A stretch of 64,000 bases of DNA from Antedon mediterranea (taxonomy: Eukaryota > Animalia > Echinodermata), in contig NC_092679.1 of the NCBI RefSeq assembly GCF_964355755.1, forward strand, positions 20,133,432 to 20,197,431, read 5' to 3'. The notes beneath the pieces were generated by a model. The model worked only from the letters and a program-made list of their open reading frames with translations. It was not told where the DNA came from and searched no databases. Positions 35,273 through 49,621 of this stretch are shown piece after piece (position 1 is the first letter of the stretch; each line of letters begins with the position of its first letter). The translations under genes and the position numbers were made by a program.

Positions 35273-38200
35273 CTGAAAGAAAAACACAAAGTCTATATTT
35301 AACCTTGGTATTATAAACACAAAGCTTACACTGCTTCAATACAACTTTAAGATGTACTCAATAACCATGCAATTTTGGAGAAAAGCCTGAATAAAGATAA
35401 TGTACTTATGTGCGGTTCACAGTCAGTTGACGTTGAATACCCCTTTAGAAAATAAACACGCCTTACGGCATTAAAGTCAATTTTAAACTCTTTAGTTTGC
35501 TCCTACAATATACTGTATACAGGTATATAAGCCCAGTCAGTTACAAAATCCATAAGAAGGTTATTGTTGTATGCTAATTAAACTCTATCTGTATTCTTAC
35601 TTGTCTGCTCTTGGTAAAAATTATCTCACAGTTTCTGAGTCATATGAAATCACAACGAAAGCAAGCTAGCTTTATAGATACAGAAGTGAGAAGGGATGAC
35701 GGACTAGCAAACTGACTCTAGGTTGGCTATTGATTCTCTCATGGATAATATAACAATAGACTGAATACACTTGAAAGGCATAGCTGTGAAGCATACTACT
35801 CAGCTGTCTCGCTTCCCAAGGTGCGGAACAGATTCCTTTCTTATTCTATTGATTAACCGTAATTGGATAACAAGACTACTTTCCTCTTAAAATAAAGAAA
35901 TCTTTAATAAGCGATAAAACAATCAGATACGTTGACTATTTACAAATGCGTGTAATGTAAACAAGTGTTAATACATCTGAAGTGAGAATGTAATACGTGA
36001 ATTCTCATCTAACTTACACGCTACGATACACACAGTAAGATTATTCAACTGTTGAACAATATCAATCAAAGTCGATACACAGTACGCCTTTTAATAGCTT
36101 CATATTGACAATATGTAAAATTCCCACGCATGTCTTACAGAGTGCAAAATAATAAAATTTGATTTAATTTAAATATTTTAATATAAAGATAAATTATTCT
36201 TTATAATCATAACCAATTAAACTTTTAATTGTTAACGTTTAATCTAAGTCACAAATTCTTATTAAAGCAAATTCTGAAATAAAATATCTATAATTTGACT
36301 TTGTGTAAATTAAATTAAAAAAAAATTCTGATTCAATGCTATTAATTGAATACTAATGTTAAAAGGTAATATCGTTGTATGGTATGTTCTTAAATATGAA
36401 AAAATATGAAATAACAAAGTAGAATACAAAATAGTTATACTTGTAGTACTACTTTAAATCCTTTAATTAAAGGTATTACAAAAGAATTTAATATTAAAAT
36501 AACTACCTAACCACACACAAATAAAGGCTAGGATTAATTAATGACAAAGTACTGTTGAGGGAATGTAAAAACAACAAAATATTGTACAGTTAAAACTAAA
36601 AATAATTACCTTACCTAATGACTGTATTACCAACCACCATATGAGAAAATTATAAGATGCTTAGAGTTACAAAAAAGACAACAAGAGTATTAAACCAACT
36701 ACAAACAAATAATTTCAGGATTTCCTTGACACATTTGTGTTTCCTTTAGAATAATTCTAAGAAAGAAATAAGAAAATATCTATTGTTCAGATATAATTCA
36801 CTGTCTGCTGATACCATCTTGGCTTAGCTGTGATTTGTAAGTACCTGTTGATTATAAATCTCCAATATGTTTGATAGTCTCTTTTATTTACAATGTCCTT
36901 AAAGAACAATACAAGAATAAAGATCTAAATACCTTGTGTCCAATTTCCTTTTTTCCTAATTCCTCAGCAAGCCGTGACGGACTAACAGCCGGTGTTAAGA
37001 CAAGACTATAGCTACGTGAGAATAATGGCTGAGGTGTAAAATGATTAACAAAGAGAAACCAAAGTCCAAAGATGCTGTACCCTAAATACACCCCCTTTGG
37101 ACTAACTATCTTTGAGGAAATCAACAAAGTCACGTATGCACTTATTCAATCTTAGTTACTATTAAAATCATGTCTTTATTTAAGAACATAAATAGCGGCC
37201 TTAAGATTTTGGTGAGGTACAATGGGTGAAAACACCACCAAGGGTAAAAGTCATTGAGATTAGAAGCGAAAAGAGATCACAATAGTAACACGAAGAAAGA
37301 ACTCACCAAGATTGTAACATTGTCGGCGGCTCAGTACCTCTTAGAAAAGAAAGGATTGGCTTTTGACTTGATCAAAAAACAAATGAGTCAATAAAGCTTG
37401 GTGTATTTTGAACTTTGGACGGCACTTAAAGTCCACTGTGTACTGTTAAGATTGGATACACTTTGACTCACAAGGGCAAGCGTACTCTATCCTTTATAGC
37501 TACATCTATAATACTGTTATACACTTTATGGTTAAGTGGGTTGTTTTAACTTTCTGGTGTCATAGGTTCAAATCCTACAATAGTTCAAATCCTACAATAG
37601 TTCAGATTATGGTATATTCGTTATACAGCCATATTGTATTCCGTATGGATTAGGCCTATATCTATACTTTATGTTTAAACTGGTTGCCGTACATTCTAGT
37701 ATCATAGGTTCGAGTCCCACGTCAAGTGTACTATGGTATTTTCTTTATGGCCTATATTTTTTTATGAATGTTAATATCTATACATATATACTTTGTGGTT
37801 AAATGGGTTGACCAGTATCATAGGTTCAAATCCTAGTAGTGGTACACTTTGACTCACAAGTACCATGTACAGTACAGTACAATGTATGGTAGTATCAACT
37901 GTACTGTTTAATTGTGGTGTAAATGTCATAGGTCCTTATCCTGAATAAAAGCATACAAAATGTACACAGCACATTTCTTCTTTGTTAAATTTTTATCCAT
38001 TTACTCTATTTTGTTACACCTCATATTCAGGCAAATCCTATACTAACATAAGACTTAGCCCTAATAGTCTGTGCACATTTAAGTTAAATGAAACAACTTG
38101 TTACTTCTAAATTCAGATCTCAGAGTTTAAATTGATTAAAAGTACTTTGTAAATATAAAAGAAAGTACACTAGGTCTAATACAACAATCTATAAATAAAC

Positions 38201-41200
38201 TATACCATTTAAATTAATTTCTTATAACAAAAATTTGTTTTCACATGACAAAACAAAAAATTGCAATACAAACATATTTTAATATTACTTTAAATTAAAT
38301 TTAAGTACTATTTAGATAATAAAAATGCCCTCAAAATAATATTAATTTAAAAAAAATCTTTAAATACAATTATAATTTTTTCTTAATAAATGAAAATAAA
38401 TTAATATATACAGTAGTAGAACCACTTCTTTGGGACACACCTAATCAGTAAGTCTTGTGAAACGAACGAGGGTGAATATTATGTTTATACTGCACACTAC
38501 TGCCAACCAAATATTCACAGAACATCTTTATTAATTAACGGGACAGTTTGTTAGATCCAGAGGGTGTCCCCATAATAGGAGTTTTTACTGTGCTTAATCA
38601 ATAAGTGAAAATTGAAAACAAATACCTTTAATAAATGATAAACTCACAGCCTCGAAAAGAGCAGCCTAACTTCCCTAAAAGCAGAACACCAAGTAAAGAA
38701 GAATATGTGTAGTGTTTTCACTCACTTAGCATTTAAAATCCATCAATTGTTTGTTCTGGCTTCTTCATACCATCATTATGTTAATAAACTAAATATTTCA
38801 AACTGCATGATTGATTTTTGATTATTAAGTAGTTGTACAGAAGATTTCCCGAATTCATGCTGGTATAAGTACAACAATTCGCTACTTAACAAAATAATAG
38901 AATTCCAAAGCTTTTTGTGAAATAAATCGGTGATTTAGGCCTCTTAAACAGTCAAAAAGTTACTTTCAATTTAGGCTTAATAGCTTGGTAAGAAACCCGG
39001 GTTTAACCAATCGGAACAGAGGCTAAGATAATAATTTTAGACTCATAAAATAAATTTAGAAAGGAGACACAACAATAGAAAGATATAATATTCAACTGGT
39101 TCTGCTAATTAGTAATGTATTTATTTAGGACTAAGAAAACTAAATACTAACAAAAAGAATACTCAATCTTTAATATATACATATATAAAAAAAAATGAAA
39201 CTAGGCAAATTACTGAAAAATGACAATGCTGTAGTGGCGGGATCTCAATCGAGATACAAAATAAAATAAGCAAAAAGCTAAATCAAAACGATAAAGTAAA
39301 GCAGCCTAAAAAATTATATAAAAAATGAATATACTGTACTGTAAATGTGTATTCAAAGGCAAAGTACTGGAAAAAAATGACAATGCTGTGGGTATCGCTG
39401 GCGGGATCTCAATGACGAATAAAACAAAGCAAAAAGCTAAATCAAAACAATAAAGTAACAGCCATTGAAAGAATGGAAATTTACCGATAAGTTTACAAAT
39501 TGAAGTGAAAGAAAAGAGAAAATAAAAACCCACTTAAGTAGTAGTTCTTGAGAAATGATAACATTATCTTTATAAAGAGAAACACTTTTATTAGTATTAT
39601 TATTATTACTCAATTAAATTTAAATTCAGAGAATAAAGCTGTAATTGAAGACGTAATTATGGAATGGCTTCTCACGCAACTGATACTAAAACAGAAGAAA
39701 CAAATATTGACAGAGCAAAACATGAGTTTCACTTAATTATTAAAGATACTAATTTACGTATAATTATGATATCAATATCAAATAAGAAACCAATTATTAT
39801 AACCAGGTGTTGGTTACTAGATACTTAACCCAATATTTATCAAGTTAAGATTCTTTCCAATCTTACTGGTATAAACTTACTGTACGTAACAATGCTACCG
39901 TAATTAATCTCAATTTACTTGTTAGTTTAATGAGTTACCAATTAAAAACAATTTTTCTGAGATAGATCTTTATTAATTTCAGTTTCATGTCAGGGTCGGA
40001 ATTTACATTTTGATTCTTATACAAATGAAAACCTTGATAATTAGGTCGAGTTGGAACTAATTGTGGATTCTAAGGTCATTTTTCAAATTATAATGATGAC
40101 ATAATATGAATTTAGATCTTGGAATAATTATGTTGGATAGAGGCACCTGTTACGACGTACATGGCTAGTCATAGCAACGCCAGCACATCCTCCCGTGTTC
40201 TGGTGTCAAAAGTGACATTAAATGATACTTTTTAATGATTATTTGTTTCTATGTTGTACCAGTGGGAGAGGGGTACCGTCTTAGAACAATGGGTTGAAAT
40301 CGACATAAAAATGGAAATGTTGGATTTTAAAAAATCCTCCGCCAAGGATAAAATCAAAGTGCAGTATAAAAGTTTAGAAATGCGGGAATAATTTGACTAA
40401 AAATAGAAGGGTCACTGAAAGGGTCAAGTACAATGTAAAACATTATTTGATTAAAACAATCCTTTGGCTTAAACATTAAAAAGGAAACATTGGATTTGCT
40501 AGAATACATTTGGGGCATGGATGGCATTGGTGCCTTACACCATGTATACCCTTAGGGCTGTAGACATTTTGTGAGAGTACTTCCGCTGAAGGGGCAAAGA
40601 CAATTAATTGATATACTAAAATCTTTTTCTTTACTTAAAAAAATACAATTTTTGGACATTGGAGATGATGAAAGTATAATTGATAAAATATTAAATTGAG
40701 ATATTTGGCAATGAAACTGATTAATTGATATTTTAATTCTCTGTAACTGCATATAAGAATGTTCTTGTATCATAGACAATTTCTGTGATGAAACATGTAT
40801 CATACAGTAGGCTAGATCAATGTTGTTAATGTTATCCTAATCTTAATGAGCATCGCATGTGACACACATGTGATGCTATGTCATGGAATTTGACTATGAT
40901 ACTGGACAATGCCATATTTATATTTCTAATGCTAATATTCTATTTAGAAGAAATGAGAACTATATCTTCTGGAAAGTTTTGAAAATTCTGAGATTGAGAT
41001 TGCAGAATAAACAATGGCTAATGATAATAACCCCCTTGCGTTTATGAACATCAATATATAATACTTTCACTCTCTTTCTTAATGTGTATGTAGTCTTGAA
41101 ATTACTATTTATATAGAATATGAAAGTTGAATTAAAAGTAGAATCATTGGGTTAAGACCATAAATGACATTTAAAAAACAATGTAAAAAAAACATTTTAT

Positions 41201-43944
41201 TTTCGAATTATTATACTTATAAAATACACACTACTGTACATTAAAATGATGGTTTATTTGTTATTAGGTTTTTTGTTAATATTAATGTTTGACTTATATT
41301 ACAAATATTAAATAAATATTTCGTGCTGTACACAAACAAAAAAAAGTCCATGAAATATCAAGACTAAATTGCCCAAAAAAAATAAAGAAACAATTTTCTC
41401 TGCTCCGTTCTCTAGCACTGAAGCTCCCAAATGAGAGCTTACCGTGCAAAGCATTGATTTCTGTAGTATAGTATAAAACAGAAAAAAAAATTATTTGTGT
41501 AAATATTAACAGTATCGTTATTATTATCATAACAGTCTGTTATTGAAATACATAAAAAAATATATTCAGCTTATAAAAAAAATGTGTAAAAATATACATT
41601 GTTTATTATTAATTATTATTAAATAATAATTAATTAAATGTTTATTAATTAAATACTAATTAAACATGGCAATAATTAAATAATACTTTTATTTATTAAA
41701 TTGCTCAATCTGTTGTTTGATACAGTATATATGCAAAAGTAAATCTAAAATAAAGTTATGAAAAAGCAAATAATTTAATGCACAGAAATTTAATATTTCT
41801 GTGCATAAGTATTAAGACTATAAGCTAAATTACAAAAAGTTTTAGTAAGTTTTCACCATAAAAAAGAAAACAAAAATTAAATATGCCAGATATACTTAAG
41901 GAAACATTGATTATCATAAAAGTTCCGTTTAGTTATCAAACTCGATAGCCTACAGCAATAGTTGTAATACGAGATAGGAATTAATTAATTAGCACAGATT
42001 ATGAGAGTGAAGATTTTATCTCACCTAGTGTTGTAAATACGCTTAGTCCAGTGTGGCTCGCTTCAATGTGATCCCACTTTCCTGAGTATACTAAAAATAC
42101 GCTAGTATTTTCACCTTTACTGCTGCCACCATCCCAAAGACATTTTGCAGGAAGTGAAGGCGGGGAATCAAACATTAAGATTCCTCAAGGATATAGGAAA
42201 TAGTCTTGTACGGATTGCATCGACAAACTCTGACATAAAAATGAATTAAACCACAACCTTTTACGTAATAAACTCGATAATAAATAGAAATAACACTTTT
42301 GATCACTCACGAGTCGGATTGTGAAGCTTACGGAATTTAATTTACGTAGGCTCCAAAATATTATTCCCTCTGTTTAAGGTCAGCATACAAGGATTTATTT
42401 GAAAGGAGTGTACAACCCAAATCAACCATAGTGAAGTTGCCCACGAATTCAAGGACCAATCAATGACTAAGATTTTTTGTTTCCTCTTCGCCAGCTTCTT
42501 GGCCATCTGTTGCTACGTGTTAGCCATGCCTGACTGGCAGAGAATAAGGTGATGAATGCCGGTGGATATTAGAATTCTATATTAAACAAATGATTAAGGA
42601 CATATGTGTACGATTGTCTTTGTAAACAATTGTCTAAAACCTTGTGTGCTGTGATATTAAATTAACACTGTCTACTCGAACACAAAATATTTCGGCATTA
42701 TTAATTGGAAGGTATATTTCAATTAACCGAAAGTGCAAGATCAAAAATATAATATAATAATAAAAATATGTCGCGAAAAATAACTTAGTTTAGTATTATA
42801 AATCCAAAGGAAAATTACTGACAAAAAATGACATTAATGCTGTGGGTATCAGTTGGTTGGATCTCAATGGAGATACAAAAATAAAATAAACAAAATGTAT
42901 GTAATAAAACTTAATTTATCTTTAACAACAAAAATAGTAATTTATAAATTTAATGTCAAACATTTATTAGTAAAATATATTATGTTTTAATAGTTGTATT
43001 AATTTGTTTAGTTCATGGACATGAAAGGGAATATTCCTATAAGAACTGAACTATCATAAAGTTGGTATTAAAACATTAATTAAATTAATTAACTCTTACA
43101 TTAGTTCAACAATGCAAAATATTGGGACTTGTAACCTCTTTTGGACACCCATATTTGATCATTTTCATATTAATGCTTTAACAACACTACAGCCAACCCT
43201 ATATTTGTTTGGTCACAAATGTGTCCCCTTACAAGTATTACAGGAGGATAATAAGAAATCACAACTGAAAGTCCGGTAAACATAAACTTATGTTAACAAT
43301 CCATTCAATTCCCTTTTTTTGTGGGGATTTTATTTCAATCCTAGGCCTCTGGCCCTTACATGTATATTTTACAAAAATCATAAGTAAAATCATAAGGTAG
43401 AAAAAGTTCATTTCTACAGGTGCTGTATAATGATTCGGACCAGACAAATATAAAAAAAAAAAACAAGAAATCTGAAACTTCATTAGATGCTCCTTGCTAT
43501 CCCAACATGCAAAGTTCAATTGACCTAAAATTATTTCCATCGTGCCTATGAAAAATGTTGTTACCTTTTGAATTTGTTGTTATTGTTTTTGTTTCATTAA
43601 TAGTTTGAACTTAACTTTATAAGGAAATGTAAATAAAAGTTAGGGATATAATATTTATTTATCAATTTAGCAATCATAAGATCTAATTTAAATTCAACAT
43701 CAGAAAATTTAACAATATCATTTCTACAAAAATGATCGCCAAATAGACATCATACCAGGATTCAGGATGTAATACTCTCTGTATGAGCTGTTTCTTAAGT
43801 ACGGCTTACGGATACAGCAAATTCAGCATAAGGTATCACAATGGACATTATAAGAACATTTACTTTCTTACTCACATATATTTTTTTTAAAAAGGAATGA
43901 CTTTACAATACTCAGCATTTTGATGGCAAGTAGGACCATAAAGG

Positions 43945-44230
43945 TTAATAACCTTCCCAGAAATTGGTTTGTTTTGGTCAAAGTCAAATTTTCCCAGAAA
44001 ATATCATATATGAGATACTATTTAATTTTTAAATATAACACTCACACAATTTGAATATTGGGTTAATATCTTTACCAGTAATACCACATTAAAGTATTAA
44101 AAACGGTTTAACCGTCCCAGAAATTGGCTTGTTTTGGTCAGTCAAATTTTCACAGAAAATGTCATATATGAGATACTATTTAATTTTTAAATATAACTCA
44201 CATAATTTGAAAGGTTGGTTAATATATTTA
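43945..44230. repeat. Tandem duplication, ~160-bp period
   Basis: TCCCAGAAATTGG.TTGTTTTGGTCA...CATATATGAGATACTATTTAATTTTTAAATATAAC occurs twice. Similar local duplications lie at ~48180-48470, 57655-58170 and 62190-62395. Confidence 0.8.
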
Positions 44231-45756
44231 GCAAATTAAACTATAATTATAAACAAGTATAACATAATGTACATACACACATAAATATGACTAGTATCTG
44301 AATAATGACCTTGTATTTAACATGGAAATGGGTCAATTCTATTGACAATTTAAATCATTAATTTTCTGGCAACTATGTGAATGCATATAGAATTCTTCCC
44401 AAAGTTGATTGCTTAAACCAAGTGTTTATAAAACTTTTAAAATTATGTAATGGGTTGCCACGAAGTCTTCAATAATTTACAAAATATGGGATAAAGATTA
44501 TATAGATTATGTTTTTTATATTTTTAATTTTAATACTTTCAAAAATTTAAACATTTCAAAGAAAAATAATTTTTTAATTTATTAATAAATTTTATATTTG
44601 AATAATAAATGATGAATACATACAAATGAATATAATAGATATAAAGATAAAAGATATTATAGAAATAACAACTAAATTACAATAAAACAATTTTACCTGA
44701 AATTTTTCAGTGAATCGTCTAAAAAACTATGTAATAACAATATTTTAAAATAATTATTTTTAGGCAAGAAACAGTCAACTACTGTATGTCCTGTTGGCAT
44801 GTACAGTATGTGGTCATCTGGACTTCTTGAGGCTCCTAGGACAAACATTGGTATAATTAGAAATGAAAATAACAAAACAAACACTTTATACAGATATTGT
44901 GATGTCACAGTACAGTAGCAGTAAATAAGGATCTATCAGTAAAACTGCATCATCTGACTAGAGTGTGACCATGCTATGAAAATGAAATTAAGTTTGAGAA
45001 CAGACGAAAAACCCTCCCAACACACGATATATATCCTGCTGTAAAAAATATACTTATTGAGAAGATAACAATAAATGCAATTATACTAACAAATATAGGC
45101 GTTTCTCTTCAAATCATTATGGTACTTAATCGTTTTGTTTCGGTGGTAGGGTTAATAAGTCTAATTTACTATAACCAAAACCATAGATCTGTATTTAAAC
45201 GTGAATTCAATGATAATACTGACTCAAACCCGAACTTTGTGATTGATAAGCAAGCCTGTTAACCAAAAACCTACAGAACCACTAGGTAAAACTGATATTG
45301 AGATGATAAAATGGAAACAATCCGAAAGAAATCAGAATTGTAGGTGAGCCTAGGAGTAATCACTGAAGCTGAAAACTAGAGCTTTGTGTATGGTGTAAAT
45401 TTAGATAAGGATTACCCAAGGTTGGCGCACAGATGCAACCGAATCAATGTAATCAATATACATTTCACGATTTCATAACAGAAGAATAATACCTTGCGAG
45501 ATATACCTTCGCACCATAAGGAGAAATTGAATAACAATTGAATAGGCAAGCTGCCAAAGCTGTGTTCTTTCTCATGTTATGGAAAGGTGAGATTGTGTAA
45601 AGATGAAATATGAAAAAGACGAGATATGTGAGAATGAAAAAATCTTCTGGTTGGTATAAGCAGATATCCTGTCATCTGTAAATGTATTAATAATAATTGT
45701 CCTCAGCTTTTAACTTTGATTATGCCTTTTACGGACCCTTGGTATACTCACTGTAA

Positions 45757-45885
45757 AGTTCTGTCTACACTATCAAACTAGTTTGACAAAAAAGTGTGCA
45801 CAAATATGGTAGTGATATGACATCATCATGTCCATATATGGCCACATCACATTTTTTGTCACATAAAGTTTGATAGTATCGAGCT
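45757..45885. mobile_element. MITE family A copy
   Basis: Family-A TIR and core. Confidence 0.75.
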
Positions 45886-48800
45886 ATAGTCACAGTACAA
45901 CTCCTCAGTATCACGATCAACTCATTTTGAATAGTGTATCAATTTCTTTATTGTGTACATGTATGTATTTTATGTACCCAGGACCAACAGCCTTACATTC
46001 CATCTGAAGGACAATGAGACAACAAAATATGACACAGACATGTCTCAAACCTATGCTTTTCTTATGCTATTTAGATATCTATTACATACAGAGTACTAGC
46101 TTTTTATTTAAAATTCAATATTAGCGCTTTACAAATAAAGAAAGAATTATAATTGAAAAAAATAAAAGGAAAATTATAAAAGGGATTCATTTTGTTGGAA
46201 AAAAGCCCTTTTTTCAATTTAAATTAAAAAAAAGAAATTTGGAAATGTTGCTTCAGGAACAAAATCACAACATTTTATACAGTAATACTTTCAACCACTA
46301 ATAACAAAACTAAAACCACTTTAAACATAAGAGATGACATTGAAATAGACTCAGTGTTCTGGAACTATTGTACAATAACTGAAGCAGATTTCATATCTTA
46401 ATTTCCAATAAAAACCCCTACATTCCAACAAGAATAGCAGCACCTATGCAGAACAGCAAATTGTAAAGATTTGCGTGCTATAAGGAAACTACAATCTTCT
46501 TGAATAGTGAAGAGAGGAATTTTGTGCACAAAAGCATAGGAATTGGTTTGCGTGTCAACCATGAATGATTAGATACAAAAAAGGCTTAAGAAATCAGGGT
46601 AAACATAATACCTTCTTGAAAGGTCATTTTGTAAACAACCCACGAGTAACAATACGTCATCCTCACTGCCAAGTTCTTTTTGTGTATGCTCACTATTAAT
46701 GCGGAAAATTGTAAAAATACTTCAGAAATTGCGTTTTGAAATATATACCTTCTTATTTCCTGGATTTACTTTAGCCATATTTGTTTAAAAAACCATTTAT
46801 TTGAAGGTTGAGTTTCGGAAATAATGGTATTTCAGTTTTATTTTATTTTTTCGCTATTTGTTTTATGTATTGAAAATTTAAACTGAGATTCAGAACCTGT
46901 TGGTGTTGCACACAGCTTTAATTTTTATGTAATTACCCTTTTAATTTATACTACCTATAACAGTTCAATAAAATACAGTAGAATCCCTATTAAGGGAACT
47001 CCTTAGTTATCATGCAAAGTGTCCCTTTAATAGGATGCAGTGTTAAAAAATGTTTTCTCCCTCTGAATAGGGGCCCTTAATTGGAGTGTTACCTGAACAG
47101 TGGTAGGGAAGGAGTCGTCGTTTATTGTATAAGATTTTTTATACATATCCAATGAATAAAAAAATGTAATACTATCAGGAATACTTTGCTAATTGATACA
47201 TTGTATCATAAACACATTGCCTATAACCTTATTAATTATGAAACAGGAAATTATCAAAAGCTTTTTAACAATCACAGATATCGAGATTACATAATAATAT
47301 TTGATTAATAAAACTATAGGAATAAACACATATAGGCCTGGTTATCAGTGATGTCGACGATTAAATGTAACTAAAAAGATTGAATAAATACATAAAAGGA
47401 TTGAACATGTTGAAACAAAACGTCCCCTTAATAGGAGTATCATTGGCTGTTAGTGTTCATTTATTGCCCCTTGTTGTTTTAACAGGAAAGTGTCTTTTGG
47501 ATTGTCCCTTGAAGGAGGGTTATATTGTACTATACCATTAATTCCTCTACAAATCTTTTTAACAGTGATTTTATGAGATACAAAATTCCTTGTTTACTAT
47601 AATAAACTACTGTAGGCATAAGTCAATAAACTAAAATATATATAAAAAAAAAACAACCAAATATGACACAATTTTAAATGACTTGTGACCTTGCTAATGC
47701 CATTTACAATTTTACTGCCCAGCGGCAAAATAAGACAGATTTTCCAAAATAGTTACAAATCAAAATATATATTATATTCAAATATGATTTCTGTTTAAAG
47801 CCTGGCCTTATACCACATGGACATGTCAATTAATAATTTCCTCTCAATGTTATAATAGTTACAGTATATCATATTATATATAATTTCTATGATCACATGA
47901 TGATGATAACACATGCTTTTAAACATAAATAGAAAATATTAAAATCTATGAAAGTTCTGCCTCTGTATTATTTGTATATATTACACTGCGGTCTGAATAG
48001 GAAATATGTATGAGATGATGAAGTATGAAAATGATTTTGATTGGTTCACAACATGATTGGGGGCGGGGCATGATCGTCCAATTATTAACCATTTAAAAGT
48101 TTCTGTTTACATGTTTCTGTTTTGCACCGTAAACTTCCATGTGGTGGATCCCAGGGCTTAAAATGTACTGAACTTTAAACCTAATGCTCTATCTTTAAAA
48201 TTGTATTTTTCTAAATTTAGAAGGGTCTAGCTGAGTGGAAATAGTTTATCCGTCAAAGTATGCAATGATAAAAACCTCAGGTCCCCAAGGCTGTGTCTTT
48301 ATATTTTCCTGAATATATTTTTATTAAAATTGTTTTTTTTTTTCATTTTTCTAAACTAATGTTCTATCTTTCAAATTGTATTTTGCAAAATTTAGGAGGA
48401 CCTACAGTAAGCCGAGAGGAAAGTATGTAATGATAAAAACCTCATGCCCCCACGCTGTGTCTTTATATTTTTGTTAATTCTATCAGAAAAACATCTTTTT
48501 ATTAAAAAAAAAACAACTTGTCATTATTTTAAATTGTTGTTTTATTTATATAATGTTGTTGCCAATTTCAAACATGTGTCTCTTAAAAATGATATTATCA
48601 AGATGATATCAAACTTGCAAAAGTTTTTTTGTGTGAACCAATTAGAACAACCTTGGATTCAGTTCTTCAGGAAAGGGTGCCAAATAAATCAGTCATTACT
48701 GGGATAATTTTTTTCTGATATCATTTCCCTAAGCCTGCTCCTCAGACCTTGGGACTAAAGTTATTAAAGAACCCCCCGGCCTACTAAATTCAGCATGTGG

Positions 48801-49153
48801 TATCCAACATTTCCTTTCTGTCAAAAGTTTAATAAAAACGCTTGTCTTGAGAAGTAAAATGACTAACTATATACCTGAATTTCATTGGAAGTTCTTACTC
48901 ACGATAAGTTAGCCTCAAGGACGGGGCCAGTATTCAGCTGTTTAGCTTATAATAAAAGGCTAGAAAGATCATCTTTGGTGGTGATGAAATGAAATTGCAA
49001 AGAGAAACAGGATTGGGGAACGATTCAGCTGATTGGAAGTAAAGCAGATTTAAACCTAAAACCCAGTAATCACAACGTATGCTTACATAAACAGGGTTTT
49101 AAAGTCATGAGAGTGCGATCACACACTTAACATGTAACGTAACATGTCTGTAA

Positions 49154-49313
49154 AGCTCTGTCTACACTAACAAACTAGCTTGACAAAAAAAGTGTGATGT
49201 GCCCAAATATGGTAGTGAGAAGCCGAGATATGGTAGTTATATGACATCATCGTGTCCATATATGGGCACATCACATTTTTTTTGTTACATAAAGTTTGAT
49301 AGTGTATACAGAG
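49154..49313. mobile_element. MITE family A copy
   Basis: Family-A TIRs at both ends. Confidence 0.8.
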
Positions 49314-49328
49314 TAGGAATTTCATTTA

Positions 49329-49621
49329 AGCCTGGTTTCCATAAAATCGCTACACCGTGTCGCCGACTGCTGTCGCCGACAGAGCGTAGCGATTCTATGG
49401 AAACGCTGGAATTTATCGGGGATCTAGTACGCGAGCGCTAAATATTTTTTGGTACACGCGTATACGACTCATCGCCGACAAAATCAGCAAAGTTGAACAT
49501 GGTTGAACTTTGCCGATTTGTCTGCGATGAATCGGGGAGACCTCCCCGATGCGCGTCGGTGACATCTGCGCGTGTAGCGATTTCAATGGAAACGGTGTAG
49601 CGATTTTATGGAAACCAGGCT
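49329..49621. mobile_element. Harbinger-like MITE (family D) with perfect 30-bp TIRs
   Basis: TIR AGCCTGGTTTCCATAAAATCGCTACACCGT, TTA TSD on both sides, CpG-rich interior and a central AAAGTTGAAC..GTTGAACTTT quasi-palindrome. Confidence 0.9.
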
